Source: Verrucomicrobiota bacterium (GTDB taxonomy: Bacteria > Verrucomicrobiota > Verrucomicrobiia > Limisphaerales > CANJXF01). Taken from it: a stretch of 64,000 bases of DNA. How positions within the stretch are numbered: position 1 is the stretch's first letter; each line of letters begins with the position of its first letter. The notes under the pieces were generated by a model, which was not told where the DNA came from, did not search any database, and worked only from the letters and a program-made list of their open reading frames with translations. A program made the position numbers and the translations under genes. Shown here one piece after another: positions 60,898-64,000 of this stretch. The stretch is from the NCBI GenBank assembly GCA_038214755.1, contig JBBQRQ010000001.1:74710-138709 (forward strand), given 5' to 3'.

Positions 60898-60943
60898 TTG
60901 ACCCAATGGCAAAGTCATATATCATCGCATCCTGATACGTCAA
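60898..60943. promoter_or_regulatory. Candidate SahR operator overlapping divergent sigma70-like promoters
   Basis: TATCA-N8-TGATA at 60920-60937; TTGACC-N16-TATCAT on +; TTGACG on - at 60938-60943. Confidence 0.55.
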
Positions 60944-60983
60944 TACGTGTCTTGGAAAACAATTCAGCAAAATCGAAAATTCC

Positions 60984-62162
60984 ATGAGCAAAAATTACAT
61001 CTTTTCCTCCGAATCCGTCGGCGAAGGTCATCCGGACAAAGTTGCGGATACAATTTCTGATGCGGTTTTGGACGCGTGTTTGGCGCAGGATAAAACCAGC
61101 CGCGTCGCCTGCGAGACGTATGTCAAAAGCAACATGGTCGTGGTCGGCGGCGAAATCACGACCAAGGCGGATGTTCATGTGAACCAGACGGTGCGCGAAG
61201 CCATCCGCGAAATCGGTTACGTGAATTCAGACGATGTTTTTCATGCCGATCACGTTTTTATTACGAACTTGATGACGCGTCAAAGTCCTGACATTGCGCA
61301 AGGCGTCGATGCGCGCGGAGCCGACGGCAAAGACACGGCGGAGCAGGGGGCGGGCGATCAAGGTTTGATGTTTGGTTATGCGAGCGATGAGACGCCTGAG
61401 TTGATGCCAGCGCCGATCATGTTCGCGCATCGTCTCGGCCGCGAACTGACCCGTATTCGCAAGTCTGGAAAAGTGAAATGGCTTCGTCCCGACGCGAAGA
61501 GCCAGGTTTCCGTTCAATACGAGAATGGCAAACCGGTTCGCATCACGAATGTCGTTATCTCCACGCAACACGCGGCGGACGTGAAGCACAAAGAGATCAA
61601 AGATTTTTGCATCAAGGAAATCGTGCGCAAGGTTTTGCCGGAAGAAATGCTGGACAAGAAAACACAATTTCTCATCAACCCGACTGGGCGCTTCGTCATC
61701 GGCGGGCCGCAGGGCGATACAGGTTTGACGGGGCGAAAAATTATTGTCGATAGCTACGGTGGAATGGGGCGTCACGGTGGCGGTGCGTTTTCTGGAAAAG
61801 ATCCGAGCAAAGTAGATCGCAGTGCGGCTTACATGGGTCGTTACGTTGCGAAAAATATTATCGCGGCTGGACTCGCCACCAAGGCGGAAATCCAATTCGC
61901 CTACGCCATTGGTCATCCAGAACCCGTTTCAGTTTGTGTCGATACTTTTGGAACGGGCGTGGTCAGCGACGAAAGGATCGAGGAAGCTGTTCGCGAAGTT
62001 TTCAGTTTCAAACCCGCCGCGATTGTAAAACAATTGAATCTCCTTCGTCCCATTTATTCCAAGACGACGAACTACGGCCACTTCGGAAAAATTGACGACT
62101 TGAAAAGTATCACCTGGGAAAAAACCGACAAAGCGGCGGCGTTGAAGAAGGCCGCGAGCTGA
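60984..62162 (+). CDS. metK: S-adenosylmethionine synthetase
   Basis: [42 protein letters not shown]. Confidence 0.97.
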   Translation: MSKNYIFSSESVGEGHPDKVADTISDAVLDACLAQDKTSRVACETYVKSNMVVVGGEITTKADVHVNQTVREAIREIGYVNSDDVFHADHVFITNLMTRQSPDIAQGVDARGADGKDTAEQGAGDQGLMFGYASDETPELMPAPIMFAHRLGRELTRIRKSGKVKWLRPDAKSQVSVQYENGKPVRITNVVISTQHAADVKHKEIKDFCIKEIVRKVLPEEMLDKKTQFLINPTGRFVIGGPQGDTGLTGRKIIVDSYGGMGRHGGGAFSGKDPSKVDRSAAYMGRYVAKNIIAAGLATKAEIQFAYAIGHPEPVSVCVDTFGTGVVSDERIEEAVREVFSFKPAAIVKQLNLLRPIYSKTTNYGHFGKIDDLKSITWEKTDKAAALKKAAS

Positions 62163-62176
62163 ACCATATTCGCGCC

Positions 62177-62464
62177 ATGAAACGAATCACCTCTGTTCAA
62201 CCAACTCCAGATCACAAGCTAAAACTCCGTTATGACGACGGCGTCGAAGGCGTGGTAAATCTGTCTGGAGAAGTGGACAAAGGCGTGTTCGCAGCGTGGC
62301 AAGACCCGAAGCATTTTGCCTCCGTCAAAATCGTGCTCGACGGTCGCGCTCTCGAATGGCCGGGCGAAATCGATTTGTGCGCGGATGCGCTCTACTTGGA
62401 AATCACCGGCATGAAAGTCGAAGAGTTGTTTCCGAACTGGAAGCGAGAGGAGGTTCATGCCTGA
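62177..62464 (+). CDS. DUF2442-domain protein
   Basis: L.LRYDDG.EG.V.L, F..V....ALEWPGEIDLCADALY. Confidence 0.8.
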   Translation: MKRITSVQPTPDHKLKLRYDDGVEGVVNLSGEVDKGVFAAWQDPKHFASVKIVLDGRALEWPGEIDLCADALYLEITGMKVEELFPNWKREEVHA

Positions 62465-62501
62465 AGTAAGCCGTTTTTTTTGCATCCGCATTGTCGTCTT
62501 T
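62457..62501 (+). pseudogene. DUF4160 N-terminal remnant
   Basis: MPEVSRFFCIRI resembles the DUF4160 start MPEISRFYGI, then degenerates into T-runs and repeat J. Confidence 0.55.
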
Positions 62502-62548
62502 TTGGTTTCCAGATGTTTTTTTTTGGTGAAATTCAGGACGGCCCAGTC

Positions 62549-62673
62549 TTCAACGCAGAGGACGCAAAGGTTTTCGCAGAGGGGCGCAGAGGCAGAGCGA
62601 TTGCATCAAGCTCCTTCTCCAGTGTTTTTTCCTTTGCGCCCTTTGCGTGAACCTCCGCGTCCTTTGCGTTAAA
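62549..62673. repeat. Family J inverted pair
   Basis: Arms match 50251-50372. Confidence 0.85.
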
Positions 62674-62759
62674 ATTATTACCACAAGAAATGTCAAAGAT
62701 TTCCTTTTTCAATAAATCAATCACTGACAAACAAAATTAAAATCCTCAACTAAATAAAT

Positions 62760-64000
62760 ATGACAAAAGTTAAATTGCCTCCCTCACGCGTTAAATCGGC
62801 GAAGCCAACGAAACTCGTTTTTGCGAAAAGCAGTTCGGCCAAACCGAGCGGCAACGGCACCGCGCACGACTTCAAAGTCAAAGACTTGAGCCTCGCCGAA
62901 TGGGGCCGCAAAAACATCACGGTTTCCGAACACGAAATGCCGGGCTTGATGTCGATTCGCAAAAAATATGCGAAGAGCAAACCACTCGCGGGCGTGCGCG
63001 TGACGGGTTCTTTGCACATGACCATCGAGACGGCGATTCTCATCGAGACGCTGGTTGAACTTGGTGCGCAAGTACGCTGGGCGAGTTGCAATATTTTCTC
63101 CACGCAAGATCACGCAGCGGCGGCAATCGCCAAAACGGGCGTGCCGGTTTTCGCGTGGAAAGGCGAGACGCTCGAAGAATATTGGGACTGCACCCTCGAC
63201 GCTGTGACGTTTCCGGGAAACAAAGGCCCGCAACTCGTCGTCGATGATGGCGGCGATGTCACGCTGTTAATTCACAAAGGTTATCAACTCGAACAAGGCG
63301 ACACCTGGGTCAACACGCCAAGCGGTTCGCACGAAGAGCAAGTTATTAAAAATCTTCTCAAGCGCGTCGCGAAAGAACGTCCCGGTTTCTGGCACAATAT
63401 CGTCAAGGAATGGAAAGGTGTTTCTGAAGAAACCACGACTGGCGTGCATCGCCTTTATCAAATGTTGGAGCAGGGGAAGTTGCTCATCCCGGCAATCAAC
63501 GTCAACGACTCGGTCACGAAATCGAAGTTCGACAATCTTTACGGCTGCCGCGAATCGCTCGCGGACGGAATCAAACGCGCCACCGACGTGATGGTTGCTG
63601 GAAAAGTTGCGGTCGTTTGCGGATACGGCGATGTCGGCAAAGGTTCGTCACATTCGCTCCGTGGATTTGGCGCGCGCGTCATCGTCACGGAAATCGATCC
63701 GATCAATGCGTTGCAAGCGGCGATGGAAGGTTTTGAAGTCAATACGCTCGAATCGACGCTCGGCATCGGCGACCTTTACGTCACCACGACGGGTAACTGC
63801 GACGTCATCACGCTTGAGCACATGCAGAAAATGAAAGATCAAGCCATCGTCTGCAACATCGGCCACTTCGATAACGAAATTCAAGTCGAACGCCTGAACA
63901 CCGCGAAAGGCGTTCAGAAATTGAACATTAAACCGCAAGTGGATCGCTACACGTTTCCGAAGGGCAATCAGATTTACATGCTCGCCGAAGGCCGTCTTGT
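62760..64000 (+). CDS. ahcY: Adenosylhomocysteinase (runs off the window end)
   Basis: Not in the ORF track. ATG 62760; [60 protein letters not shown]. Confidence 0.96.
   Translation, partial: MTKVKLPPSRVKSAKPTKLVFAKSSSAKPSGNGTAHDFKVKDLSLAEWGRKNITVSEHEMPGLMSIRKKYAKSKPLAGVRVTGSLHMTIETAILIETLVELGAQVRWASCNIFSTQDHAAAAIAKTGVPVFAWKGETLEEYWDCTLDAVTFPGNKGPQLVVDDGGDVTLLIHKGYQLEQGDTWVNTPSGSHEEQVIKNLLKRVAKERPGFWHNIVKEWKGVSEETTTGVHRLYQMLEQGKLLIPAINVNDSVTKSKFDNLYGCRESLADGIKRATDVMVAGKVAVVCGYGDVGKGSSHSLRGFGARVIVTEIDPINALQAAMEGFEVNTLESTLGIGDLYVTTTGNCDVITLEHMQKMKDQAIVCNIGHFDNEIQVERLNTAKGVQKLNIKPQVDRYTFPKGNQIYMLAEGRL

Noticed and set aside
60843..62760. SAM or SAH riboswitch before metK/ahcY
   Set aside because: The leaders are AT-rich or occupied by repeat J with no recognisable aptamer core; a protein regulator explains the locus.

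Overview
This is a bacterial chromosomal window, most likely Verrucomicrobiota/PVC. That assignment is an inference from the gene content: DUF1501 + DUF1549/1553, PVC-type heme/dehydrogenase proteins, prepilin H-X9-DG-type proteins, ThuA and DUF1080. The intact housekeeping backbone is kdgK, mpl, an OppF-like ATPase, hslR-dtd, folE, mscL, ppdK, an M16 peptidase pair, a U32/RlhA-like protein, a DsrEFH-like trio, a gamma-glutamylation cluster and sahR/metK/ahcY. Three kinds of accessory DNA interrupt it. (1) About a dozen small toxin-antitoxin-type modules sit at gene junctions, several with a decayed toxin-side gene. (2) A 16.5-27.4 kb defence-like island carries a PLD-like protein, Uma2, a NotI-like REase + Dam-family MTase, two MNT-HEPN pairs and a PIN pair. 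(3) At least ten different short palindromic or heptamer repeat families (REP/REPIN-like) nest inside one another, supply stop codons, and sit in frame at five sites in one U32 gene. In three places, cargo genes are bracketed by diverged direct copies of a neighbouring gene, with no integrase or transposase in the window. No rRNA, tRNA, CRISPR array or transposase was recognised. All family assignments come from motif recognition by eye, not from database searches.
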